Shown here: positions 14,859-28,239 of the stretch, one piece after another | How the letters are laid out: every line of letters begins with the position of its first letter | How positions within the stretch are numbered: position 1 is the first letter of the stretch | Made by a program: the position numbers and the translations under genes | From: Paragordius varius | Taxonomy: Eukaryota > Animalia > Nematomorpha | Assembly: GCA_964247055.1 (NCBI GenBank) | Contig: OZ176054.1 | Coordinates: forward strand, 8,556,001 to 8,620,000 | Length of the DNA: 64,000 nucleotides | Reading direction: 5' to 3' | Notes under the pieces: generated by a model | Database searches by the model: none | Told to the model about the DNA's origin: nothing | The model's input: only the letters and a program-made list of their open reading frames with translations

Positions 14859-17800
14859 AAGCCAGGGGTTTTATATATAGATTAGTGGTACTCACCATTT
14901 TATCTTGCCAGAGCCGTGCACCATATAATACCGAAAAATTTCATAGCTGTTTGAAACATTTGCTAATATTTTTACTCAAACTAAGTGCATTAAAAAATTT
15001 AAAAAATAATTTAGGGCCATAAAAAAGCACTTTTTCAAAGGCTGTCTTAGATAATTTAAATGGACTTCCCTTTTATTTTCTCAAAACTATATTACCATTT
15101 TGAATTTATATAATTTTTATATTTCCAATTTAAGTTAAAATTTTTCACCTATGGTTAGCCACTGTAAAACAAAATCATATATTAAATGTTAAATAAATTT
15201 AATATATCCACTGAGAGTGTCAACACTGGAATATTTTATTTATGAATTACTTTCTATATTGTAAAATATAATGTAAAATAATTAACCTATGAATCCAAAA
15301 AAATCATTTTACAGTTTGTTTGATGTGTGTGTGTGTCCATTTGATTTAACCTAAACAAAGGTAATAAAAAATAATTTATGAACTATATGAATAATAAAAT
15401 AATATATTATTAATAACACGCCACATCTCTTCGTGATGAATTCAAAATTTATTTAATAAATCATATTTTATGGCGATAAAATCCTTCGTTAACAATAAAA
15501 AATTTGGATGTTGTAAAGATATATATAATATTGTTTAATCAATCAACCAACTCCATCCTAATCAAATAAAAATGATAGACCAGCATTTGCTCAACATTTG
15601 TGGCTTATTAATTACACTGACATATTGTTTGCCTTACAAAATTTGGAAAACAATAAAGTATGTGCCGTAGTTAAGATTTTTAAGCGCGAAACGTACAGGT
15701 CTAATTAAAAATGTGGGTATCCGCCATTAAAATCTATTAAAATTATTTCATATCGAATATTTTTGTTGACATGATAGGTTAACAACAATCTAATAAAATT
15801 TACCCTTTGCAAATAAATTTTTTTTGTTCCATATATTCGATATTAGTTTTTATATTGCCATTGTCATTATTACCCAAACCAAGCTTAGTATACTAATAGG
15901 AATGAAATAAATTTTAAGGGTTAAAACACGATAACCAGCTGAATCCATCACAATCGCCTAAATGCATTTAGTAGTTGTGCCCGCCCAAACCTTAGCAATT
16001 ACCTTAATATATAAAAGGTGTTAGTTGGAATATGCCCGCAATAACAGTCATCAACAAGTGGTTCGATATCAATCCTTTTTTTGAGTTTTCCTATAATTTA
16101 AAGTTAATCTTTTTACCTTATTTAATTTCTACTATATTATCGGTCTGTTATACTACAATCTAAAGTACCACTCTTACTATTGGAATATTTTACCAATTAA
16201 TGTTGAATGATGGTTTATAGTTTTAAATAAATCATGCATTTTCGACTTTTTCAACTTGTGAGCTATTTCGATGTCAATTCTCACAAAGAAGCTTTTAATT
16301 CTACACAGAAGTAGTGATAATGAATTTACATACAGTTTATGAAGTCATATTCTGAATTTTGTGTGTTTGACATATTAAATAATATGCTTATTAAGAAAAT
16401 TTATTAGATAGAAAAATGACATTTATTAGGCCAAATAAGTGATAAGATGCAGCCAACATTTCTTCACACTAATACTTCTAGCAGAGAATTTTTATTAATG
16501 GTTATTTATTAGCGTAATTATTGCAATTATAACGACTATCTAATATATATATATAGGTGTTATAAATCCTATGTAATAATTAAAATTTATCATTCCCTTC
16601 TTATTTATATATGTATAATTTGTACACGAAAAATCTAAATAATTTTATGATAACTGTCAAAATGGTAAAAGATATACTATTTTAACCAGACATTGTAGGT
16701 AATTATCTCGAATCTCATGTTAAAATACTCGCTAAATTTTTGATCACTTGAATTTTACTAGCTCAAATTTAGAAATGTTATACATGACTGGGAAAAACAA
16801 TCCTTTATAATTATTTTGTAGTTAAAACATATATATACCCTTGGGTTTTAAGATTTACATGTAATTTTTTTAACTTATATCTCCTAAACTAATAAAAAAG
16901 CAAAGCTTAACTAATCTTGATATTAGCAGTCAGATCAGTCCTTTTTTTATCAGAGCGAACGTAAATTTATCCATAAAGCAGTAGAAATCCTTTATAAAAT
17001 TCAAAAATAAAACCGCTGGGTAAAAGAAAAAAATTTATTAATTTGTATATAAATAGCGTTAATTACGGGTAACTACTAGCGTCAAAGGTTTGATGAGTTT
17101 TTTCTTTCCCATACAAATAATTATTATTATTAAATAAATTACCTATTATAACTTAAAATATTTTGTAAAAGTATCGAACTTAAATCATCCCCGAATCGTA
17201 ATATTGGATAGATAGATAAGCTGAAGGTAATTCATTTACACATTAAGATTTTTCCAATTTGAATTTTAATTATTTCGGCTCCGTTTTGCCATCTAAATAT
17301 TTTTAATTAAATTTAATAACATTTTAAAAGATTTTTAGATATGCTCATCTCATTTTAGATATATAATATATAAATATATATGATATGCTTGTCCTAGGTA
17401 TTAGATAATTTTTACATTTTTTATATCTCGAAATGATAATTAATATGGAAAGTTAATTATTTTTATTATTATAATTATTTATTATTCAGTGTTTTTGAAT
17501 AATATTTTGCATATAAATTGCGCGAACACCTCAGTGCACATTTTTATCTGGTAATTAAAATTTTGTTTCAGCAAAAATAAAAAAATTATATATATATTAA
17601 TATATATTTCTAGTGCAATGGCTAAAAATTTCCACTATCATAATAAAAATAATGATGATGCTTAAAAAAGAGACAAAAAATAATACAAAAAAAAACTAAT
17701 TAAATTTCTGTTAGTTATTACTATTGTTCTTATGTAAGTTATACATGACTAAAATTTGGTCTTTCGTTTTTTTGGTGTGACAGATGTAAAACAGATGGAT

Positions 17801-18552
17801 TATTAGTGAAATAATAAATGCCAACCTATATAAAAATGTAAATTAACCAAGGTTTTTCTTTCCATCCTTGTCTTTCCACAATTCTGAGGTTTTTTAGCTC
17901 CAATCTTCACCTTTAGTAAAAGTTATATTAGTTACCGATAAATTATTATATTTCTATTTATCTAAATATTTTAATCAAGTATATACAGATATTAATTTTA
18001 ATTTGTAATACCATAGTGTCCAAAAATGCAAAATATCATTTGTCTATAAAAAAAATATATGCATATTTTCTTTAAGCATTTTTAATGATTTGAGTATTAA
18101 TTATATAATTATTTTTTTATATTTTTGTTTTATCTTGTTTCCTATTTATAGGGAAGCCAAAATATATGGTGGTTTATTAGAAGATGACTGGCAAGATTAT
18201 CCCACCCGAAATTGACGTTGCGTAAATTATTTTATGGGTTTCATTCTAGCAAAAAATTTCAAAATTGACAAAATACCGAAAAAATATCAATTTTTAACTA
18301 ACTTATAATAATAATAAATGGGAATGAAAAATTATATTCTGTGTGATAATTTATTTAACAACATTTCCTAGCTAACTGATTTTCCAATGCAATTACATTA
18401 ATTATTTCCGTCACTGGAAATCTCATACCGATGAAAAGAATTATCTATCTACAAATGATACAGCACATTTTCTATCCAACCAGATACATCAAAACTATCT
18501 TTGTATAAATATTTGTATCAGATACTTAATTCACAAAACTTAATCAATCAAT

Positions 18553-21500
18553 ATGAAATTAAACATAACGAACATTCAAACTTTTACAAATGTTTTCCCG
18601 AGTTTTACTTATTCCAACATTCTACCCATTATCATTGTGTTTGGGATTGTCGGAAACGTTCTTATCCTAGTCACTAGTCATTATAACCCAACAAAATCTA
18701 ATGGGTTCATGTATGAAATTTATTTTTGTTTCAATTCATAGGAACATTAATTTTTTATACAAATTTAGTATATTTCTAGTTATTTTTTAAGGATGTAGTA
18801 TAAGTACCTTTATTATTATTTAATTTAGGTTTACTAAATAATATCATTATTTTTTGTTGATTGTAATTGTGTGGATTGGTTTCAATTTTAAGGCATATTC
18901 TCGCTCTTTAATGTGCATCCTTATATTAATTTAATAATAGATATTTTAAGCTCATTATACTTTCAAAATATAAAAACTAATTCCATTTTCGTCAGAAAAA
19001 AGGCGCAAATTACATCAAAACACACGGCATGTCACATAGATTTTAATAAAAAATTTAATTGAAATATAGGCATATAGTGACGAATTTAATTAGTATTCCC
19101 TATAATGTAATGTTAAATGGTGAAAAACTCATTAAAATTACAATGCTAAATATCTGTAATTTTAATTAAAAAAGAATAAACCATAGAATACTAGAGTGAC
19201 GATTTGGCAAAAAAATAGGATTTATTTAGAGAAAAAAGTTTTTTAAACATTTATTAAATTTTTAAATTTTTGGATTAGTATTAATCCCTGCTAACATAGA
19301 TATTTTATAAATCACTTCACTTATTTCATATGTTTTTGCAATGCATTTTAAGTTAATTTTTTCCCATACAATACTACCATAAATGTAATTATCTCTGAAG
19401 TATGATTACATTGTTTTATTAAAATTTTAGAGATTATTTTTAAAAATTTCCTTCAGAGAGGAAAATTATAATAAAATCCGGTTTTTAAAATCAAATGTTA
19501 TTTATTTAATTCATGGAGTTAATCAAAATGTAACGTTTCTTTTAATGAGGTCTCATGAAGAGCCCGCTCCCAAATAGTAACCTGAAACGTTGAGCATTTA
19601 TTTTTGTGGTTTAAAAATATTTTGTAACTATATAACACAAAGTAGGAGGATTGTTTTTATATTTCGAGCAACTTTTTAAATTATCAGAAGATTTACTCGC
19701 ACGATAGAACACATCAAAAAAAAGTTACTATAATAAATGTGAAATCGCACGGTGTAAAATTAACCCACATTCTCATAAATTTTTAAAATATCTAATTTAA
19801 TGACTTTTCTTAAATTTTATATGATTAGGTCACCCCTGCTCAACTATAAATTAAATTCTTATGTGATGATAGACTCATTCTCACACAGTTTTTTTAACAT
19901 ATTATGAGGGCGTAAAAAATAATTTTAAAGATGCTACAAATATAAAATTAGCAGGGGGAGGGGAAGGGGTGGTAGTAGACAAAAAAAGATTGCAAACTAT
20001 TGATTCAAAGCATATTAATTTTTTTTCTTTTCTTAGTTACATATGGTATTTGGCTATATCGGATCTTGGTGCCTGTATCCTCATATCGTTTTGGCCTGTC
20101 ATTCACATATTGGCCACACAATTTAATTGGCCGTTTGCTGTGACGTTTGGGTGGAATGCATTTCTCATCTACTTTGTAAACGTGGCCATCAATGTGTTTA
20201 TGAAAGCGAGTACTCTTATCACCTGTTCGTTAACTCTAGATCGGTATGTCGCACTGCACAAACCGCTGGAATATAGGAAATTTAGTGTACCTCGTATGAT
20301 TAATATGGCTGTCATCGCTTCTTTCCTAATATCATTTCTACTCATGTGCCCACGCATTCTGCAATATAAAATTGTAGGAGATACGCCCAATTTGGCATAC
20401 ACTACCACCACAAGCATAGATATACCACCATCTTTTGTCCTAACTACTAAACAAAATGATAATGATATAATATATAATAACTTCAGTTTAACATCTAACC
20501 TAACCCGAAGGCATATGGTGGGAAATTGGCGTAAAAAACTGGGTAAGAAAATAAAATCTACAAATTCAACGGATAACACTAATAAATTTAATCAACAAAC
20601 AATCCCATATACCATGTATCAAAATGAACCTTTTGCCCTAGACAAAACAATGATAATCAGATCTTTACAAAATTTGTCACCATATTTTGATGCTCCCAAT
20701 TATTTATCTACATCATTTGCATTTAAGAGTCCTTCGATCGGGAAAAGAAAAAGAGACACAGCCTTGTCATACAAAGATACAAATTTTGAAAGAAATCTTT
20801 CAGAGTTTGAGAAATTACTCATCCATAAAAATTTTAGTCGTAACAGACCTAACACTTCAAACACAAAAATTTACCCCCTATTTACTAAACTAAAATTGGT
20901 TCAAACTGGAAATGGAAGTCATTTTATTACAGAAAATGCCCCGTTAGATGAACGAATATCTTATCACTTTGTTCCAAATGAAAATTTTTCCAAACTTGTT
21001 TCCTATAAAATATATCAATGGTTAAGGGAAATAATTTTAACCTTTTTACCCTTGCTCTTGTTAACGCTAATGAATTTTTCCATTATCCGACAATACAAAA
21101 TTAATATGCAGAAAAGGGCTTCTATCATGAATTACAAAAAAACAGATAGTCCAAATAAAAATACTAAAACGAAAAAGATAAAAGCATCCTCGGATAGTGC
21201 AAAACTCCAAAATGGTCATGAAAATTCTACAAATTATGTTATACTTGACGAAAGTAAAAATTCACCATTCAAATTCGCTTTTCAAAAATTTGTCAAAGTA
21301 AATTTTGTGCCTGCAAAATCTTTCCAACACAAAGTTGATAAGGCTTCACCAGTTTCAAAATCATCAATCGAACATGTTAAAAAACAAAGTTTTTTCAAAT
21401 CTCTATCTAAACGCTTGGATAGAAAACGGTCTTCAACTCGAGAATATTCAGATTTTGAGAACGGCGGTATTACTGACGTGGATGAAGAGTCAATACCGCT

Positions 21501-23703
21501 ATCAACGACACCCAAAAAGGAGTTGTTAATTATAACGCAACAAAATCAAGGACGGGATAATATGAAATCTAACATTTTGAGACCCATACTTAAAATAACA
21601 AAATCATCGCCCTCAAAAATTTGCAGTAATATTCTAATGCAGGATTCAAATGAAGAAATTGTTATTACCATCGACAATAAAAATAAAAATCAATCACCCG
21701 CACCTTCCCGACAAATACTAATCACGATGGACTCTGAACCGTTTATGGAGGAGGTTTCATCCGATCAACCCTGTAGCGGACGAATTACATTTTCACACGA
21801 TAATGATACGTATTCAAGCTCTCTAGATAATTCAATGGCTACTGGGTCTTATTTAAACAATAATTGTTTGGAAAATTCTGCAAATGGTTTTTACAATGGC
21901 GATAATTTAACACGCAACAATAACAGCAAAAACAATTTAATTAGTAAAAATAATGATGATGGAAAACATATTTATACTACTTCTGCCTCTGTTTCTCCAA
22001 CCAAAAACAATAAGAAAGAATCAAATGATGATGAAAATCATTGTAATAAAAATCAAATAATTCATCATGACAAATTAGAGTTAACAGTTAACAGGGAAGA
22101 CATGAAAAACACCAAAGATAAAAAGAAGGATAAATTTATGGTTAAAAAAGTAACACATTTTTTCCTATTTCGTTTTCTCTGTCTTTTTTTTATCTAACAA
22201 ATAAATTACAATATAATTGTTAACAAATATTTCTTTATCAGTGGAATGAAAGTGTTAATTTGGCTATATAAATACTTAATAACAACTCCTATATTGGAAA
22301 ATTTTTAGAAGGGGCACAACACACGCATTTAACACGTTATTTTTTGTTGTAAGTTTGTGAGAAAACTATTAGATTAATAACGAAACCTGTAAAATATTTA
22401 ACTACGTTATATATGATTAAATTATAGGGAAAAAAACTTAGCCATATAATTATGATTTATTAAGCTCTTTATACTATCAATGACATTTATAATCGTGTAT
22501 ATAAAGTATATATAGATAGGTGTTATATAACATAATAATTTTTAAACTTGTATATAAAACAACATTTTTCTCTTCCAAACACATCTTTCATCTTGGTATA
22601 TTCTCCCGTTTTTTTCGTTTTTTTATCATTTATTTAGAATTTTTTATTTTAACTTGTAACAACAGATAAGTCGTAAATTATCACTGATACCTACTTCACA
22701 AAATGCAGTCCTTCTGGTCAAAAATGAGAAAGCAAGGAAACATGCCAAAGATGAGAAACGGCTTACAATCATGCTTTTGACTATAGTTAGCTTACACTTT
22801 GTATGCAATATACCACAAGCCTTAGTAACTATCATAGAAAGCAAATATCATCCACCTAATGTTAATCAAACCACCTCCATCACCACTACTTCTGGTATGG
22901 TATGGTATAAAAGCAAAAAATTTATTGAATACATTGATCAATCATCAAAAGAGTGTATCATATATATATTATCAAATAATAATATTTTAGTGATAAAAAA
23001 TCGGATGAAATATACTATCTAAATTGGTGGTTGTATCAATTTAATTAAACAATAAGATTTTTAGCCTAGTATTTTTCATAATATTTATTTTGAGAAAAAA
23101 TGGTGTAATAAAAAACTAATTTTGTAGGAACATTTTAAATCTAATAAGATTAGAATACTAAAAATCACTTAATTTGTAGGTAAAAGCCATATATAATTTT
23201 AATCCATTTTCAACAATTTTATTTAATGTTGTTTCCAAAAAAATAAATCAATGCTAAACATTGTTAACAAATAAGTATTTGGCCAAAATTTGTGATTTTT
23301 TTAAAATGATATATATTTTTTAGCAATCAAGGGTGTTCTTCTCTCAGAAGAACAAAATATATAATACCCTGGATTTAGATATGCATTAATATTCAAAATT
23401 TACAAATTAATAAGTAACTCATATAAATATGTAAATATGATATATTTGTTAGCATAAAAAATAACGATTTCTCCTTTTATAATTATTATTATTGTGATAG
23501 CCAATGGACATAACAATCAAAATATTCATGAATTGGGATTTTACATCATTCAAATAGCTTTAACTGCAACGAATGTGCTAGAAACACTTAATTTTGCCCT
23601 CAATTTTTATCTATATTGCGTATTTATCAAAGATTTCAGATTACAAGTCAAAACATTGTGTCAACGACTCTGGGCAAATTGTGATATTAAATGTTTTAAA
23701 TAA
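18553..23703 (+). CDS. Class A (rhodopsin-like) peptide GPCR, FMRFamide/myosuppressin/MIP(SPR)-receptor-like, about 900 aa, 4 exons
   Basis: Exons 18553-18710, 20037-22149, 22666-22894, 23501-23703 join through GT-AG introns with consistent phases (2,0,1); 2703 nt = 901 codons. TM1 GIVGNVL, TM2 YLAISD, TM3 LTLDRY (DRY at 20239-20247), TM5 LPLLLLTLMN, TM6 FVCNIP, TM7 NVLETLNFALNFYLYC..KDFR. The start codon is inferred (in-frame stop at 18541-18543; short N-terminus with an NIT sequon). Confidence 0.85.
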
Positions 23704-24576
23704 TAAAATAGTGAATAAAAAACGCAAAATTTTTTATTACTTGCGCAACAATAATATGTATTATTTATATATATATATATAGATATATTTTAGACAATGG
23801 TAGTTAGTAATTTTATGAGAGAACCAACTATCTCAAAATGATACTTCAGAAATATAAATGAGTCTCATGGGAAATCATTAAGCGTTACTCTATCAGAAAT
23901 AATAAAAATGTTTTTCTTTTTGAGAATTCGCTCAACTAAGATGTCATTTTTGGTCTATTCCACACTTTATGGGTTAATTAAAAACATAGTAACTTTAGTA
24001 ATATAGTGTCTCTATTATTAGGGAAAAAACTGCTTTGCAATTAAATTGTTCTCTTCATATATGTATATATAAATATATATATTATATATAGCTAATAAAT
24101 TTTATTTTTGCATTAAATAAAATTGTGCAACCAAAATAATTTTTCTCGTGTATTTAATTTCCAAAATTGTCCAGATAAGTAGACTATAGCGCACTTTTAA
24201 ACAAAAAAATGTTAAACTATTTTTGCCTTGAATTTTTCGGGTTTGGCTTTTGGGAGGGGCATCAATGATTTTTTTTGAAAAACGTTAAATAATGAAAATT
24301 CTCACCTTAAACTTTTTTTCCGCCATTTCTTTGTATATTTTAAAGTTAAACTAATACAATAAGAAAATAAATGATTAGTAAAAAATGTAATTAATTAACC
24401 TTAAAAAGCTTTTGGACACATTACATGGCTCTTAGATTTTTATGGATTTTATAAGCTGTTTATGGTAGTTGAAGCTATAGCAGCTAAACTGCAAAAATAT
24501 TAGCTTTTTAATCAAATACATGAGAACAATGTTTGTTACTTAAATATAAATCTAAACAAATTTTATAACAGTATGA

Positions 24577-25709
24577 CAGTAGCGTATGCAGTAAAAAATT
24601 GTTAGTGCAAAATAATCTAAAAAACACTTTTTATTAAAAACAGGGGGATATTATGAATAGTGTATACAAAATCAGGGGACAATCTTGGTATATGTAAAAA
24701 TGCGAATTTGGTTTTTTTAAAATTGCGATAAAAAATTGTAAAAATATTAGTGAAACATAATTTCCCAGATTTCTTATAAAAAAATGTTAACTTATCATTT
24801 CATGGTAGAACATTCGTAATTTGAATTATCGAACTAAATACAAATTATACAAGATCTTTATTTAAAGTATTACTTGCTTTTCTCGATCTATTTAAAACTG
24901 AATATGCGTAATGGGAAAAATTAAAGGATTTTTAAAATTTGGGGTTTTTTATAGTTAAAAATAAATTATTTACTTGTTAATGCATTACTTATATTATTTT
25001 TATTAACCGACACCTTGTCTTTTACACAGATTCACGGGAAATTTTTAAACACAATGATATTTTTAACAATGATGTTTTCTAAAATGTGCAACAATACCAT
25101 ATATTATAATAAATATCTACTCATTATTGTGTAGATATATTTGAACGATAATTCTAATGCAACATGTTAAATAAAATTTGATATATTTCCATGTATATTT
25201 TCATTAAATGAATGTTTTTTCTGTAACGCAACTTCTGTCAAAGTGTGATTTTTCGTACTGCTTTCTAAATGACTGTTTAATATAAAAACGCACAAAAAAA
25301 TAATATAAGTAATGCATTTAACAAGTAAACTTTTGTAATTTATTTTCTACAAAAAACCCCCAAATTTTAAAAATCCTTTAATTTTCACCTCACGCATATT
25401 CAGTTTTAAATAGATCGAGAAAAGCAAGTAATAATTTAAAAAGAGATTTTGTATAATTTGTATTTGTATACAGTTCCATAATTCAAATCACGAATGTTCT
25501 ACCATGAAATGATAAGTTAACATTTTTTTATAAGAAATCAAGGAAATTATGTTTTAATAATATTTTTACAATTTTTTATCGCAATTTTAAAAAAACCAAA
25601 TGCGTCCCCTGATTTTCTATATACTATCCTTAATATCCCCCCTGTTTTTAATAAAAAAGTGTTTTTTAGATTATTTTGCATTAACAATCTTTTACTGCAT
25701 ACGCTACTA
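24577..25709. mobile_element. CAGTAGCGTATGCAG-ended MITE with ~420-bp inverted arms
   Basis: Arms ~24577-25000 and ~25280-25709 are reverse complements; ends match the TA-flanked short copy at 28722-28883. Confidence 0.75.
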
Positions 25710-25853
25710 TAAGTTCTATACCTCAAAAATGTAATTTATGAAAACAAGAAAATTCAATGAGAAATAAAGAGATATATTTTTTTTTTAATTAACAATTTTA
25801 TTTTATAAATGAATATAATACGTCCTGGTGAAATAGTATATTTTGATAATTAA

Positions 25854-28040
25854 CACTTGGATACAACACATTCATTTTAGTCCTTCGATTCAAATTGGGG
25901 TAGTTAAAACCCCAGGCCTGTTTAAAATCAGATTTTTTAAAAAATTTGGAAGGAATGAAACCATGGCAAAATTTTGCACTTAATAATATTAATAAACCGA
26001 TATATACAAAAAAATTTATTAAAAAAAAACTTGATATTACTTATTTTAAGCTAAAACCGAAAGGTAAATATTTAATCAACGTATGTATCCAATGGTAAAA
26101 TTGAAAAATAATACAAAATAAACTTTTTCTATTTTTATCAATGTTAGATGTAATTCAAATAAAAAATAGCTTTAGTTTTATCCTTTAAATTTAATGAAGA
26201 CGATATTATGCAAAATTATGTAAAATAAAAATGGCGTCGAAGTAGTTTGACATGGAAATTTTTTTCAAAGCAAAATTTTATTTGGATATTTTGGCATATT
26301 TATATAATTTTTATTAGGATTGAAGCATAAATTTAAATTGGGACCGTTCCTTCACTAGTTTTTTAAAAATCCTAACTCAAATGTAGTCTGAGCTATTTAG
26401 ATACCCCAATTTGAATCGAAGTGTTAATTATATCAGGATTCCCATGGTGCTTTTAGTGAGTACTCATATAAAGTTATTACTTTTGCAGTAACTGCTCCAA
26501 ACAGAAAATGGCAAAATTTGCCATTTTGTCAAACAAATTTCTTGCAAAAACAAGTGTTTTATCTAAAAAATATCACTAAAATATATAAAAATCTATTTAA
26601 AAATACAAAACAATATTTAAAAAAAATTAAATATTAGATGTAGACTCCAGTCCCAATTTTTTCGCTCTAGATACTTAAAATGAATGCAAAAATGCCGGGT
26701 TGCAATAAATTTTTTATAAATATGCTAAATTTTGAATCATCCAAAAATGTTTTTTTAAAAATGCATATTTTTTTCAAAAAGGTAATTTTGTTGAGGCATG
26801 ATTTTATACTATTTTGAAACATGATAAAACGCTATAAAAACGCTTTTTGATATTACATAAACACTTTATTTCATATATAATTTGATTATACTGAACATAT
26901 ATATTGCTTTAATTTTAATTTAAAAGTTCCTTTGCTTTCAAATTTGATGAATTTTGTATACAACACAATTTATGTTAACATAATTTTGAAGAAGAACGAA
27001 CCTTTCTTTAATTAGGGTGATAAAAATATTGTTTTGCCTTTTATATGAAGTTTATGATATATTTTAGTGATATTTTTGGATAAAACCATGTATATACCAA
27101 AAAATATTATTTAAAAAAATGTGTCCAAATTTTGCCATTTTCTTATTAAAGGGAATTAACTTTCTTGGATCACTCGTAAGGGACCAAAAGCACCATGAAA
27201 ATTAGGTTACATATCCCTATATATAAAGTCCGTGGCAAGCTGAACAAGTTTACTTTACGCTTTGATTTAAATTGGGGTATCTAAATATCCCCCACTTGTA
27301 AGTTGACAGTTTTTAAAAATCACTGAAAGAAATGATCTCAATTTAAATTTATGCTTCTAGCCTAAAAAATATATAAATAAGCCGAAATATCTAAATAAAA
27401 TTTAGTTTTGAAAGAAAAAAGTTCCATATCAAACTGCTTCGACATCATTATTTAACAAAACACTTCGATTCAAATTGGGGTATCTAAATACCCCAGACTA
27501 AGTTTAAATTAAAATTTTTAAAAAACTACTGAAGGAAACGGCCCCAATTTAAATTTATGCTTCTATCCTGATAAATATTATATAAATATGCCAAAATATC
27601 TTAATAAAATTTTGTTTTGAAAAAAAAGTTCCATCTCAAAGTACTTCGACGCCATTTTTATTTTACAAAAATTTTGAAAAATATCGTCTTCATTTAATTT
27701 TAAGGGTAAAACTAAAGCTTATTTTTTATATAAATTACATCTAACATTGATTGAAATAGAAAAAGCGGTTTATTTTGTATTATTTTTTTATTTAAATATA
27801 ACACATGTCACGTTGACTAAATTTTTACCTTTCAGTTTTAGCTCAAAATAAGTAATATCAAGTATTTTTGAATAAATTTTTTTATATATATCGGTTTATT
27901 AATGTTATATAAGTGCAAAATTTTGCCATGGATTCGATTGCTTCCATACTTTTTAAAGTATTTGATTTTAAACAGGCCTGGGGTATCCAACTACCCCAAT
28001 TTGAATCGAAGGACTAAAATGAGTGTGTTGTATCCAAGTG
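25854..28040. mobile_element. TTAA-flanked (piggyBac-like) composite palindromic element with ~570-bp inverted arms
   Basis: TTAA|CACTTGGATACAACAC at 25850-25869 and GTGTTGTATCCAAGTG|TTAA at 28025-28044; arms 25854-26425 and ~27459-28040 are reverse complements; no transposase ORF. Confidence 0.75.
26435..27205. mobile_element. MITE family B (imperfect TIR AGGATT..CATGGTGCTTTT), nested in the TTAA element
   Basis: CATGGTGCTTTT...AGAAAATGGCAAAATTT at the left is mirrored by AAATTTTGCCATTTTCT...AAAAGCACCATG at the right; homologous to 58208-58930. Confidence 0.6.
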
Positions 28041-28239
28041 TTAAAGAGTAAAGCTAATTTTTCATATATATCACATCTAACATTGCTAGAAACAGAACAA
28101 GTGGCTTATTTTGAATAATTTTGAAATTTGGATAATGCACACGTGTCATTTTGACTTTATCCTTACCCCTGGCATTAAAAATAAGTAATATAAAGGGGTG
28201 ATAAAAAATTTTTTTTGACGACGCAATTTTTTCAAGTAT

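Noticed and set aside
14883-14897. AGTGGTACTCACCA matching the hAT right TIR
   Set aside because: Only 14 bp, with no partner end or TSD; at most a solo end.
15900-15990. Minus-strand AIVMDSAGY as a Tc1/IS630 IVMDNA.YH motif
   Set aside because: A single motif with no supporting flanks or TIRs.
19969-20036. ORF-track start MVVDKKRL... as the GPCR N-terminus, and tail VTHFFLFRFLCLFFI
   Set aside because: Both are intronic read-through: acceptor at 20036, donor at 22150; TM1 lies in the upstream exon and TM6-7 downstream.
20169-22844. Antisense and alternate-frame ORFs inside the GPCR (20169-20579, 20687-20893, 21282-21515, 21305-21529, 22644-22844)
   Set aside because: Shadows of a long coding exon with no recognisable motifs; the same applies to 48345-48536, 60537-60737, 62053-62235 and 62063-62302.
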